Assembly (NCBI RefSeq): GCF_902713615.1
Contig: NW_024055461.1
Span: 4,040,940 to 4,104,939 of the forward strand
Source: Scyliorhinus canicula
Lineage: Eukaryota
Length of the DNA: 64,000 bases
Reading direction: 5' to 3'
The translations under genes and the position numbers were made by a program. Below the pieces are notes generated by a model. The model was not told where the DNA came from, did no database searches, and saw only the letters and a list, made by a program, of their open reading frames with translations. Below, piece by piece: positions 47,001 to 60,200 of this stretch (its first letter is position 1; the number at the start of each line of letters is the position of its first letter).

Positions 47001-49440
47001 ATTGTGGAGGCAAAAGTATTGGTGAAGGTACTGGCGGATAGGCTGGAGTGCCTCCCGAAGGTGATGGGTGAGGATCAGGCGGGGTTCGTGAAAGGGAGGC
47101 AGCTGTTTTCCAATATTTGGAGGGGTTTGAACGTCGTTATGGCACCGGCGGAAGGGAAGGAAACAGAGGTGGTTGTGGCATTGGACGCCGAGAAGGCGTT
47201 TGACCGAGTAGAATGGGGATGCCTGATGGCAGTTCTGGAGTAGTTTGAGATTGGACCAAGATATGTGAACTGGGTAAAGCTATTATATAAGGAGCCAAAG
47301 GCGAGTGTCCGAACAAACAATATCAGCTTGAGATACTTTTTTCTCCACCGTGGGACGAGCCAGAGATATCCTATGTCGCCCCTGCTGTTTACACTTGCGA
47401 TTGAGCCGTTGGCCACCGCATTAAGAAGCTCGGGTGCATGGAAAGGAATAGTGCGGCGGGGGGAATGTGCGCAGGACGTCCTTATATGCCGATGACTTGC
47501 TGTTGTATGTATCGGAGCTGAGTGCATCAATAGGACAAATATTGGAGCCACTGCGAGTATTTGGGTCTTTCTTGGGCAACAAGCTGAACCTGGACAAGAG
47601 CGAGTATTTTGTGGTATCTCGCCCGGGGGTGGGGGCTGGGATGGGGGGCTGCCATTCCGTAGGGCTGGGACTCACTTTAGATACCTGCGTGTGCAGGTTT
47701 TCCGGGAGTGGGAGAAGCTTCGTAGGTACAACATCTCTAGTTTGGTGGGGAGAGTGAAAGCCGATCTGGCAAGGTGGGATGGTCTCCCTCTGTCACTGGC
47801 GGGTCGGGTACAGGCGGTTAAAATGAACGTGTTGCCGCGATTTCTGTTTATTTTTCAATGCCTACCGATTTTCCTGCCAAAGACTTTTTTTCAGGGAGAT
47901 TGAGGGGAGGATTACCTCGTTCATATGAGGAGGGAAGGTGGCCAGAGTTAGAAAGATGCTGCTACAGAGGGGAAGGCAGGCAGGGTGTTTGGGTCTTCCG
48001 AAACTGATGTACTACTACTGGGCGGCGAATGTGGAGAACGTGCTGAGCTGGGTCATAGGGGTTGATTCCCAGTGGGTCAGAATGGAGGAGAGTTTGTGCA
48101 GGGGGTCGGGACTGAAAGCAATTGCAACAGCGCCGCTCCCTATAACTCCGGGGAAATACTCAGGGAGTCCGGTAATAATAGCTGCATTGAGAATTTGGAG
48201 ACAGTTTCACCAACACTTCGGGTTGGGGGTAGGGTCAAGGTAAATGCTGATTCGTGGAACCACAGATTTTAGCCAGGGAAGTGGGATGGAAGTTTTGGGA
48301 AATGGGAAGAGAAGGGGATTAAGACGCTAAAAGATTTGTTTCTTAGGGGTCGGTTTGCAGGATTGAGGGCGTTGGAAGCGAAGTATGGGCTAGAGCAGGG
48401 AGAAATGTTTAGATACATGCAGGTTCGAGATTTTGCCTGGAATGGGATACAGAACATTCGGGAGGAGCCGGCCTCCACATTGCTGGAGGCGGTGCTTACA
48501 ACAAGGGGACTGGCAAAAGGGGTAGTGTCAGCGGTGTAGGGATCTATTTTGGAAGAGAAGAAGGCACCGCTGGAAGGGATCAAAGCAAAGTGGGAGGAAG
48601 AGTTGGGAGAGGTTATAGAGGAGGGGGTCTGGTGTGAGGTGCTCCGGAGAGTGAATGCCTCCACCTCGTGCGCGAGGTTAGGGCTGATACAGCTGAAGGT
48701 GGTATACAGAGCACACCTCATGAGGGCGAGGATGAGCCGATTATTTGAAGGAATAGAAGATGTGTGTGAGCGTTGCGGGTGGGAGGGGGCGGGGGGGGGG
48801 GGCGCTAATCACGTTCAGATGTTTCGGTCCTGTCCCAAGCTAGAGGATTACTGGAAGGAGGTTTTTAGGGTAATTTCTAAAGTGGTGCACGTGAAACTGG
48901 ACCCGGGTCCCCGGGAGGCCATATTCGGGGTGTCAGACCAGCCAGGGTTGGGAAAGGGTGCAGTAGCGGATATCGTAGCCTTCGCCTCATTGATCGTCCG
49001 AAGGTGAATACTGCTGGGATGGAGCGCAGCCTCTCCACCCTGTGCCCTGGCGTGGCGGGGGTATCAGTTGGAATACTTGACCCTTGAGAAGATTAAGTTT
49101 GAACTGAGGGGAAGGACGGAGGGATTTTATAAGTCATGGGCATTATTCATTATGCACTTTCAAGAACTGGATAACATTCAACATCAGTTGGGAGGGATTG
49201 GTGTGGGGGTTGGGGGGAGGGGGGCTGTGTATATTACGGATGACTATGGGTAATCCCTGATTCCTTTTTGTCAATTGTTTATGTTAACATGCGGGCTGAT
49301 GTTTGGGGGTTGGTGGGAGGATGGGATCGTTGTTATTGGTATGTGGATTGACATATTTGTTGCTGATTATTGTTTATTGTTGGTGGGTGTAAATTCGGGA
49401 GAAACTGAAAAAGGAGGAGAACATAAATATACTTTTTTAA
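44090..49440 (+). mobile_element. L1/Tx1-clade LINE, 5'-truncated, with disrupted ORF1 and ORF2; SINE nested at about 46660-46808
   Basis: ORF1 RRHNLRIVGLPEG...PRAVII...RIYQDLT...YPAKLRVT. APE endonuclease IVTWNVRG (45331) and YSRIDFF, SDHA. RT YRPISLL, LDAEKAFDRVEW, LYADD (47485). C-terminal CERC..H...C. Confidence 0.93.
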
Positions 49441-49616
49441 ATCTCCAGAACACTTCAAACTTTATGTAAACTCACGTTGGAAGTTATTTTAATTTCTGGG
49501 CATATATCTGTACAATTGTACATCTCTATCCGTGTTGGTCTTTTCCTGCGACCGTGTGTCAGTTTCCAATATGCCGTGGGCTGTCCACGGGAGGACGCTC
49601 TCTGATCACTTGTTTT

Positions 49617-52600
49617 AAGACATAGAACATAGAACATAGAACATAGAACGATACAGCGCAGTACAGGCCCTTCGGCCCTCGATGTTGCACCGACATGGAA
49701 AAAATCTAAAGGCCATCTAACCTACACTATCCCTTATCATCCATATGCTTATCCAATAAATTTTTTAATGCCCTCAATGTTGGCGTGTTCACTACTGTTG
49801 CAGGTAGGGCATTCCACGGCCTCACCACTCTTTGCGTAAAAAACCCACCTCTGACCTCTGTCCTATATCTATTACCCCTCAATTTAAGGCTATGTCCCCT
49901 CGTGCTAGCCACCTCCATCCGCGGGAGAAGGCTCTCGCTGTCCACCCTATCTAACCCTCTGATCATTTTGTATGCCTCTATTAAGTCACCTCTTAACCTT
50001 CTTCTCTGTAACGAAAACAACCTCAAGTCCATCAGCCTTCCTCATAAGATTTTCCCTCCATACCAGGCAACATCCTGGTAAATCTCCTCTGCACCCGTTC
50101 CAAAGCTTCCACGTCCTTCCTATAATGAGGCGACCAGAACTGTACGCAATACTCCAAATGCGGCCGTACTAGAGTTTTGTACAACTGCAACATTACCTCA
50201 TGGCTCCGGAACTCAATCCCTCTACCAATAAAGGCCAACACACCATAGGCCTTCATCACAACCCTATCAACCTGGGTGGCAACTTTCAGGGATCTATGTA
50301 CATGGACACCGAGATCCCTCTGCTCATCCACACTACCAAGAATTTTACCATTAGCCAAATATTCCGCATTTCTGTTATTCATTCCAAAGTGAATCACCTT
50401 ACACTTCTCCACATTAAACTCCATTTGCCACCTCTCAGCCCAGCTCTGCAGCTTATCTATGTCCCTCTGTAACCTGCAACATCCTTCCGCACTGTCTACA
50501 ACTCCACCGACTTTAGTGTCGTCTGCAAATTTACTCACCCATCCTTCTGCGCCCTCCTCTAGGTCATTTATAAAAATGACAAACAGCAACGGCCCCAGAA
50601 CAGATCCTTGTGGTACGCCACCCGTAACTGAACTCCATTCTGAACATTTCCCATCAACCACCACTCTCTGTCTTCTTTCAACTAGCCAATTTCTGATCCA
50701 CATCTCTAAATCACCCTCAATCCCCAGCCTCCGTATTTTCTGCAATAGCCGACCGTGGGGAACCTTATCAAACGCTTTACTGAAATCCATATACACCACA
50801 TCAACTGCTCTACCCTCGTCTACCTGTTCAGTCACCTTCTCAAAGAACTCGATAAGGTTTGTGAGGCATGACCTACCCTTCATAAAACCATGCTGACTGT
50901 CCCTAATCATATTATTCCTATCTAGATGATTATAAATCGTATATTTTATAATCCTCTCCAAGACTTTACCCACCACAGACGTTAGGCTCACCGGCCTATT
51001 GTTACCGGGGTTATCTCTACTCCCCTTCTTGAACAAAGGGACCACATTTGCTATCCTCCAGTCCTCTGGCACTATTCCTGTAGCCAATGATGACCTAAAA
51101 ATCATAGCCAAAGGCTCAGCAATCTCTTCCATGGCTTCCCAGAGAATCCTAGGATAAATCCCATCCGGCCCCGGGGACTTATCTATTTTCACCTTGTCCA
51201 GAATTGCCAACACTTCTTCCCTACGCACCTCAATGCCATCTATTCTAATAGCCTGGTTCTCAGCATTCTCCTCCACAATATTATCTTTTTCTTGAGTGAA
51301 TACTGACGAAAAGTATTCATTTAGTATCTCGCTTATCTCCTCAGCCTCCACACACAACTTCCCACCACTGTCCTTGACTGGCCCTACACTTACCCTAGTC
51401 ATTCTTTTATTCCTGACATACCTATAGAAAGCTTTGGGTTTTCCTTGATCCTACCTGCCAAAGACTTCTCATGTCCCCTCCTTGCTCGTCTCAGCTCTCT
51501 CTTTAGATCCTTCCTCGCTTCCTTGTAACTATCAAGCGCCCCAACTGAAACTTCACGCCTCATCTTCACATAGGCCTCCTTCTTCCTCTTAACAAGAGAT
51601 TCCACTTCTTTGGTAAACCACGGTTCCCTCGCTCGACCCCTTCCTCCCTGCCTGACTGGTACGTACTTATCAAGAACATGCAATAGCTGTTCCTTGAACA
51701 AGCTCCACATATCCAGTGTGCCCAACCCTTGCAGCCTACTTCTCCAACCAACACATCCTAAGTCATGTCTAATGGCATCATAATTGCCCTTCCCCCAGCT
51801 ATAACTCTTGCCCTGCGGGGTATACTTATCCCTTTCCATCACTAACGTAAAGGTCACCGAATTGTGGTCACTGTTTCCAAAGTGCTCACCTACCTCCAGA
51901 TCTAACACCTGGCCTGGTTCATTACCCAAAACCAAATCCAATGTGGCCTCGCCTCTTGTTGGCCTGTCAACATATTGTGTCAGGAAACCCTCCTGCACAC
52001 ATTGTACAAAGAATGACCCATCTAATGTACTCGAACTATATCTTTTCCAGTCAATATTTGGAAAGTTAAAGTCTCCCATAACAACTACCCTGTTACTTTC
52101 GCTCTTTTCCAGAATCATCTTCGCCATCCTTTCCTCTACATCCCGAGAACTATTAGGTGGCCTATAGAAAACTCCCAACAGGGTGACCTCTCCTTTCCTG
52201 TTTCTAACCTCAGCCCATACTACCTCAGAAGAAGAGTCCCCATCTAGCATCCTTTCCGCCACCGTAATACTGTCCTTGACTAGCAGCGCCACACCTCCCC
52301 CTCTTTTGCCCCCTTCTCTGAGCTTACTAAAACACCTAAACCCCGGAACCTGCAACAACCATTCCTGTCCCTGCTCTATCCATGTCTCTGAAATGGCCAC
52401 AACGTCGAAGTCCCAGGTACCAACCCATGCTGCCAGTTCCCCTACCTTATTTCGTATACTCCTGGCATTGAAGTAGACACACTTCAAACCACCTACCTGA
52501 ACACTGGCACCCTCCTGCAAAGTCAAATCTGTGCTCCTGACCTCTATACTCTCAATCTCCCGTACCCCAAAACTACAATCCAGGTTCCCATGCCCCTGCT

Positions 52601-53557
52601 GAATTAGTTTAAACCCCCCCAAAGAGCACTAACAAATCTCCCCCCCAGGATATTGGTGCCCCTCAGGTTCAGATGTAGACCATCCTGTCTATAGAGGTCC
52701 CACCTTCCCCAGAAAGAGCCCCAGTTAGCAGATAATCGGATATCCCCGCCCTGCCTGAACCGATCCTGTAGCCACGTGTTTAATTGTCTCCTCCCCTAAC
52801 ATTTTCCTTAATGGCACTATCACGTGGCACGGTGCAAATTAACACAGAGATAAACCACTCTGGTGTATTCTACGCTTGAGCTTCCATCCTAGCTCCCTAT
52901 ATAGCCTGCCTGGACACCTTTTCCGCCTTTCCTACCTATGCGCTTTAGTGCCAATTTGGGACTACGACTCGGGTGGCTGCTCCCTCCTGTACTTAGCCGG
53001 ACCGGGACAAAACACGATCCCGCAGACACTCACGTACCCTGCACTCTGGGAGGCAACATACCAAACGGGAGTTGCTCACTCTCGCTCCCCACAAAATTCT
53101 CCTAATCTGTGCCCCTGACTATTGATCTCCCCAGATTACTTAATGTTCTACTCCTTTCCCCCCTTCCCTTCTGAGGCAACAGGGGACAGGACTCCGTGCC
53201 AAGAGGGCCCGTACCCCATGCGTCTTTCCCCTTGGTAAATTCCCCCCCCCCCCCCCCACAAGTAATTTCCAAACGGTATACTTGTTACTCAGGGGAACGA
53301 CCGCAGGGGGGTCCCTGCACTGACTGCTTCTTCCCAGTCCCTCTTACAGTTACCCATCTATCTCCAGTCTTTGGTGTAACTACTTCCCTGAAGCTCCTAT
53401 CTATGACCCCCTCTGCCTCCCGAATGATCCGAAGTTCATCCAGCTCAAGCTCCAGGTCCCTAACACGGTTTTTGAGGAGCTGGAATTGGGTGCACTTCCC
53501 ACAGATGAAATCAGCAGGGACACTGACGGCGTCCCTCACCTCAAACATTCTGCAAGA
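49617..53557 (-). mobile_element. Near full-length CR1 LINE (ORF1 zinc-finger/esterase region, ORF2 APE-RT), frameshifted
   Basis: ORFs 53596-53285 (CRMFEVR..CGKC), 52622-51399 (LKCVYFNARSIRNK, APE) and 51402-50032 (GVPQGSVLGP, FADD). (TTCTATG)n tail at 49617-49650. Confidence 0.96.
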
Positions 53558-53686
53558 CGTGAACATTGGCGGAGAGGGGATCGCATTCGACCTCACAGCC
53601 TCCCTCTGACTATTTCAACTTTTACAATTGCAGCTCTGGTACACTCAGTGATCACTGTCTCTGTTTCTGAAATTCAGACTGGAACC

Positions 53687-54166
53687 ATGAGGGTGAAACT
53701 CTGCGTCTAGTTATTGTCCTGATCACAGGAGCGTTATATTGAACCTTTATCGAAATTCCCCAATTGCCATATTTTTCCAGTTTCATCTCCGGATACATAT
53801 CCTCTGCCTGTTACTCCTTCTAACCCGCGGTACTTCTGTTGTTTATTTTCAGGAATGAGTAACGGAGACTCAATGTCCCAGTCAGAACAAGGAATTGAAA
53901 GAGAAGAGGGTTAAAGATTGAGCAATACCTAGTTACTCGGTATTGAGTTCAACTACCGACTATGGCCTCTTCTGGTGTCGCCAGTATCCACACCGAGCTC
54001 CTCAGTATCTGCTCAGAGCCGAGAGTTATGGATTTAATGAGACGGCTCCGGTTTTCAACAGTTCAGTCAGAAACTCAACCCGACACAAAACACTTTTCAC
54101 ATACACATGACAGATTTGAAGGTAACACGCAACGCCGTGCATTACTACGCGCTGAGACCCACAGTG
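53687..54166 (+). pseudogene. TRAV/TRDV: TCR alpha/delta-type V pseudogene (leader plus V exon 53853-54159, heptamer 54160-54166), inverted relative to its neighbours
   Basis: Leader relic MRVKLCV. Acceptor ttttcag, then GDSMSQSEQG...YSVLSSTTDYGLFWCRQYPHRAPQYLLRAESYG...MTDLKVT.NAVHYYALR and CACAGTG. Stops and frameshifts present; nonamer degenerate. Confidence 0.82.
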
Positions 54167-54199
54167 AATGAGGGCCCGGCGGGCCAGGAGACACAGGAT

Positions 54200-55390
54200 G
54201 ATGACAGATGGCTGCTTGAGCGTCTGGAAGCCAGTAACCAGTGGCATATCACAGGGATCTGTGCTGGGACGCCTATTATTTGTCATTTCTTTCAATGACA
54301 TAGATGACTATGTGGAGGGTAGGGCCAGTAAATTCGCGGAATACACAAAGATTGACCGCGTGAGCTTGAGTGACTTGGGTTGCAGGAAGATATAGACAGG
54401 ATGGTGAAATGGGCGGATGGAACTTAACCCTGAAAGTGTGAGATGATACACTTTGGAAGGAATAATTTGACAAGGAAGTATAATATGAAAGGTCTGATAC
54501 CGACTAGTTTTGAAGAGCAAAGGGACCTTGGGGCGTGTGTCCACAGATCTCTGAAGGCTGAAGGGCAGGTTAATAGAGTGGTGAAAAAGGGATATGGGTC
54601 ACTCGCATTCATCAATCGGGGCATAGATGGAGCTGTACACAATCTTGGTGAGGCCACAGCTAGAGACCTGTGTGCAATTGTGGTCTCTACATTACAGGAA
54701 TGATATGATTGCGGCAGCGCGGCGGCGCAGTGGTTAGCACAGCTGGCTCACGGCACTGAGGTCCGTGATCCCGGCCCTGTGTCACTGTCCGTGTGGAGTT
54801 TGCACATTCTCCTCGTGTCTGCGTGGGCTTCGCCCCCACAACCCGAAGATGTGCAGGGTAGGTAGATTGCCACGCTAAATTGCCCCTTAATAGGAAAAAT
54901 GAATTGGGCACTATAAATTTATTTTTAAAAAGGGATATGATATGATTGAACTGGAGATGGTCGTGCGGTGATTCACCACGATGTTGGCTGGGATGGAACA
55001 CTTAGGTTATAAAGAGAGGTTGGATAGGCTCTGGTTGGATTCGTTGGAGCAGAGAAGACTGAGGGGTGACCTGATCGAGGCGTACATGATTATGAGGGAC
55101 ATGGACAGCGTGGATTGGGCACCGCTGTTCCCCTCGGTTGAAGAAGGGTCAGTCACAAGGGGACGCAAGTTCAAGGTGAGGCGCAGAATGTTTTGGGGAG
55201 ATTTGAGGAAAGACCTAATGCATTGCCTGGGAGGAGGCGGGTGGTTGAGGCGGGATGTCACTCATCCTTTAAAAAGTACCTGGATGAGTACTTGGCACGC
55301 CATAACATTCAAGGCTATTGGCTAAGTGCTGGCAAGTGAGCTTGATGGGCCGAATGGCCTCTTCTGCCCTGTAGTACTCTGTGATTCTGT
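54200..55390 (+). mobile_element. Degenerate CR1 3' portion with nested SINE (about 54712-54935)
   Basis: GISQGSVLGRLLFVI, SKFAE.TKI, HFGRNN, EQRDLG, LEQRRLRGDLIEAY. Confidence 0.88.
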
Positions 55391-56245
55391 GATTGTGCGA
55401 TATTGTATTCCAGCCGTCACAGTAGGTAACACAACAGGTAAATGCAACAGCAGGTATATAACACTGAGGGAAGTGTAGGAACAGAGTCTCTATGTGTACA
55501 AAGGCGCATCCGATGTGTTTGGATTTCCAAAAGGTTTTCTGGTCCTTATCGCAAATTATCTGATACTTTTTTCAATGAGGCTTTCAGCGGTATTATTTAT
55601 TTTATTTATTAGTTTATGGGATGTGGATGTAGGCGTCGCTGGCCCCTCCCCTCTCTTTATCTTCTATCTTCTTACCAAGTGTCCCAGTGTCGGGAACACA
55701 TCAAGCCTGTCTTTAGTGATGATTTATTTGTTAATTATTGTCCATCAGATTCAAACCATGTCCTGAAAATGACCACTTTGCACTTGTTTATATTAAGGAT
55801 TCTTAGTTTACTTTGTGTAAGAGAATTAACATTTCGAGCTTTATAATAAGGGTACTGTAATTATTAGGATTTTCATTAACCATCTGACTTTAGTTTACAC
55901 CATTGACTGATATTTCAAAGTAAAGTTGATTTGTTCCCTGTGCATGTGTTCCTTCTGAAACATCAGAGCAGGAACATAACTAGTTCCAGACCCCCTCCGC
56001 GTTTTGTATTCTGAATGTTAGTACCGAGTTCCAGGTGATCCCCAAATACACAGCAGAAAATTCTTCCCTCACACAGTGGATGTAATAATCAGACTACACC
56101 TGTCTTCGATGTGAACTATTTAGAGGTGTTCGTGTGTATTGTGCTTGGGGTCTGTGCTCACAGGAATGTATTCAGGTGTCAGTGTCTGAACCGCTGTTAT
56201 AAACATCCCTCAACAGACAGCAGCTGTGACGCAGAATCCTGCGTC

Positions 56246-56568
56246 AGTTTTTGTTCGAGACTTTCCCTCGTTCCCATCACTGTGAGACTCTGTGCATAGT
56301 AATAGACCGCAGTGTCAGACAGCCGCAGCTCCGAGATGGTCAATCGGTACAACTTCTCTGATTGTTGGACGGTAACGGAAAACCGTTCCTGAGCGAAATC
56401 CGCCTTCAATTCAGCACCACCGCCCGTGTGCCTCCCGACTGCATTTTGACACAGCATTTTGCTGCTCAGAGGGAAAGACCAGTATAAATAGACAACTTTA
56501 TCTCTAATTGGCCTGAGCTGCAGCTTGGTCTCTAATTGTCCTGAGAGACAACTTGTTCTTTAATTGAC
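56246..56568 (-). pseudogene. TRAV/TRDV: TCR alpha/delta-type V segment (exon 56285-56568) with intact 23-RSS; defective as written
   Basis: VYLYW...DFAQERFSVTVQQSEKLYRLTISELRLSDTAVYYYAQS, with the second Cys read as Tyr. CACAGTG + 23 nt + ACAAAAACT. The 5' half is garbled. Confidence 0.85.
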
Positions 56569-57018
56569 CTGGAATAAATCGTCTCAATATTAGAAACCCA
56601 GGTGTTGAATATAAGCGAACATGCTCAGTTTATTTTACTGACTGTCACTCATCAGGCTGAGCTTGTTAAGAGGAACTGGTTATATGTAACCAACTACTGG
56701 ACACAGACAAGGGGAAGATTTGATCTCGTCACTCTGTCTTAGTGACATACTAGGCAGTACAGGAAGGGACAGGGGAACATGAACAGAAGAAACCTCCAAT
56801 TCCATAGATGTTATACGTTCGGGTTCTCTAATAAGCCTGCACAGAGTTTGTCCTGCCAGTCCTTCATTATAGGGTGAATAAAATCTAAAAAAACCACTTC
56901 CATTCGGAGCTTCTGGAGAAATTGTCGATTGGGCCTCCTTAAGTAAGTAATGGCATTCCACATAATGTACCCCCCCCACAGACCGCCGCTCCGTCACCGT
57001 GTCACACTGCGGTCAGTA

Positions 57019-57247
57019 GGTTTTTGTACGAGGCTCCCTCTGGTTGCTGTCACTTGTGTCTCTCAGTCCGCAGTAATACCACCGTAGGCTGTCAGACAGC
57101 CGCCGCTCCCGGATGCTGGAAGAATTCCCCTCACTTGTCGATTTGTCGATAGATGCCGAAAATCGAATCCCCGCGCAAATCTCCTCTGAAAACGATTCCG
57201 TAATTGGAGATGTAGATATAAGGAAGATAGGGGCTTTCTCCTCGGTT
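57019..57247 (-). pseudogene. TRAV/TRDV: 3' half (FR2 to RSS) of a TCR alpha/delta-type V split by CR1
   Basis: APIFLISTS...RFSASIDKSTSEG...RLSD..YYCGLR. CACAAGTG (heptamer with one extra base) + 23 nt + ACAAAAACC. Confidence 0.85.
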
Positions 57248-60200
57248 AGAACATAGAACATAGAACGATACAGCGCAGTACACGGCCCTTCGGCCCACGA
57301 TGTTGCACCGACATGGGAAGTCAAAAACTAAAGGCCATCTAACCTACACTATGCCATTATCATCCATATGCTTATCCAATAAACTTTTAAATGCCCTCAA
57401 TGTTGGCGAGGTCACTACTGTTGCAGGTAGGGCATTCCACGGCCTCACCACTCTTTGCGTAAAAAACCTACCTCTGACGTCTGTCCTCTATCTATTACCC
57501 CTCAATTTAAGACTATGTCCCCTCGTGCTAGCCACCTCCATCCGCGGGAGAAGGCTCTCACTGTCCACCCTATCTAACCCTCTGATCATTTTGTGCCTCT
57601 ATTAAGTCACCTCTTAACCTTCTTCTCTCTAACGAGAACAACCTCAAGTCCATCAGCCTTTCCTCATAAGATTTTCCCTCCATACCAGGCAACATCCTGG
57701 TAAATCTCCTCTGCACACGTTCCAAAGCTTCCACGTCCTTCCTATAATGAGGTGACCAGAACTGTACGCAATACTCCAAATGCGGCCGTACCAGAGTTTT
57801 GTACAGCTGCAACATGACCTCATGGCTCCGGAACTCAATCCCTCTACCAATTAAGGCCAACACACCATAGGCCTTCTTCACAACCCTATCAACCTAGGTG
57901 GCAACTTTCAGGGATCTATGTACATGGACACCGAGATCCCTCTGCTCATCCACACTGCCAAGAATTTTACCATTAGCCAAATATTCCGCATACCTGTTTT
58001 TCTTTCCAAAGTGAATCACCTCACACTTCTCTACATTAAACTCCATTTGCCACCTCTCAGCCCAGCTCTGCAGCTTATCTATGTCCCTCTGTAACCTGCA
58101 ACATCCTTCCACACTGTCTACAACTCCACCGACTTTAGTGTCGTCTGCAAATTTACTCACCCAACCTTCTGTGCCCTCCTCTTGGTCATTTATAAAAATG
58201 ACAAACAGCAACGGCCCCAGAACAGATCCTTGTGGTACGCCACCCGTAACTGAACTCCATTCTGAACTTTTGCCATCAACCACCACCCTCTGTCTTCTTT
58301 CAACTAGCCAATTTCTGATCAACATCTCTAAATCACCCTCGATCCACAGCCTCCGTATTTTCTGCAATAGCCGACCGTGGGGAACCTTATCAAACGCTGT
58401 ACTGAAATCCATATACACCACATCAACTGCTCTACCCTCGTCTACCTGTTCAGTCACCTTCTCAAAGAACTCGATAAGGTTTGTGAGGCATGACCTACCT
58501 TTCACAAAACCATGCTGACTATCCCTAATCATATTATTCCTATCTAGATGATTATAAATCGAATCTTTTATAATCCTCTCCAAGACTTTACCCACAACAG
58601 ACGTGAGGCTCACCGGCCTATAGTTACCGGGGTTATCTCTACTCCCCTTCTTGAACAAAGGGACCACATTTGCTACCCTCCAATCCTCTGGCACTATTCC
58701 TGTAGCCAATGATGACATAAAAATCAAAGCTAAAGGCTCAGCAATCTCTTCCCTGGCTTCCCAGAGAATCCTATGATAAATCCCATCAGGCCCCGGGGAC
58801 TATATCTAATTCACCTTTTCCAGATTGCCAACACTGGAATGTCTTCTTCAATCCCTACGCACCTCATGCCTCTATTCTAATAGCCTGGGTCTCAGCATTC
58901 CTCACTCCACAACATTATCTTTTAGTCTGCAAGCTGAAGTACTGACGAAAAGTAGTCATTAGTATCTCGCTGATCTCCTCAGCCTCCACACACAACTTCC
59001 CACCAAGTCCTTGATTGGCCCACCTCTTACCCTATTCATGTCTTGGTTATTTCCTGCATAGATACCATATAGAAGCTTTTTTGGGTTTTCCAATTGATCC
59101 TACCGCCAAGACTTCTCATGTTCCCCTCCATTGCTGCGTCTTCTTCGCTCTCTCTTTAGAATCCATTCCCTCCGCTTCGCTTGTAACTTCAAATCGCCCG
59201 CAACGAACTTCACGCGTGCCTCATTTTCACCATAGTCCTCCTTCTTCCTCTAAGCAAGCGATTCCACTTCTGGTTTGTTAAACCACGGTTCCCTAAGGAA
59301 AATCTCTCTAGGCCCTTCCTCCCCTCTGAGTGTACACGTAACATATCAAGAACAGCAATAGCTGTTTCCTTGACAAGCTCCAATATCCAGCTGTGGCCCA
59401 ACCCTTGCTAGCTGACTTACTCTCTCGCAACCTACAACATCCTAAGGGTCATGTCTATGGCATCATAATTGCCCTTCCCCCAGCTATAAAAACTCTTGCC
59501 CTGCGGGGTATACTTATTCCTTTCCATCACTAATGTAAAAGGTCACGCGAATTATGGTCACTGTTTCCAAAGTGCTCACCTACCTCCAGATCTAACACCT
59601 GGCCTGGTTCATTACCCAAAACCAAATCCAATGTGGCCTCGCCTCTTGTTGGCCTGTCAACATATTGTGTCAGGAAACCCTCCTGCACACATTGTGCAAA
59701 GAATGACCCATCTAATATACTCGAACTATATCTTTTCAAGTCAATATTTGGAAAGTTAAAGTCTCCCATAACAACTACCCTGTTACTTTCGCTCTTTTCC
59801 AGAATCATCTTCGCCATCCTTTCCTCTACATCCCTAGAACTATTAGGTGGCCTATAGAAAACTCCCAACAGGGTGACCTCTCCTTTCCTGTTTCTAACCT
59901 CAGCCCATACTACCTCGGAAGAAGAGTCTCCATCTAGCATCCTTTCCGCCACCGTAATACTGTCCTTGACTAGCAGCGCCACACCTCCCCCTCTTTTGCC
60001 CCCTTCGCTGAGCTTACTAAAACACCTAAACCCCGTAACCTGCCACAACCATTCCTGTCCCTGCTCTATCCATGTCTCTAAAATGGCCACAACATCGAAG
60101 TCCCAGGTACCAACCCATGCTGCCAGTTCCCCTACCTTATTTCGTATACTGCTGGCATTGAAGTAGACACACTTCAAACCACCTACCTGAACACTGGCAC

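Noticed and set aside
21243-53600. Additional free D or J segments
   Set aside because: Other CACAGTG/CACTGTG hits (e.g. 25942, 39411, 43979 and SINE heads) lack a nonamer at 12 or 23 bp.
55500-56190. Possible further leader or V relics on the plus strand (near 55515, 55680, 56110) and CACAGTG at 56073
   Set aside because: No framework motifs or nonamer; too decayed to support.
56680-56997. 105-aa ORF as an additional V segment (CAGAGTG heptamer-like at its end)
   Set aside because: No Trp or YYC framework and no nonamer; it overlaps the likely promoter of the next V.
56285-57247. NARTCR cassette (NAR-V, D, J, leaderless supporting V)
   Set aside because: The upstream V is TCR-type rather than IgNAR-type. 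No D or J with RSS or FGxG/WGxG motif was found in the 460-bp gap, and promoter and leader-like traces precede the downstream V.
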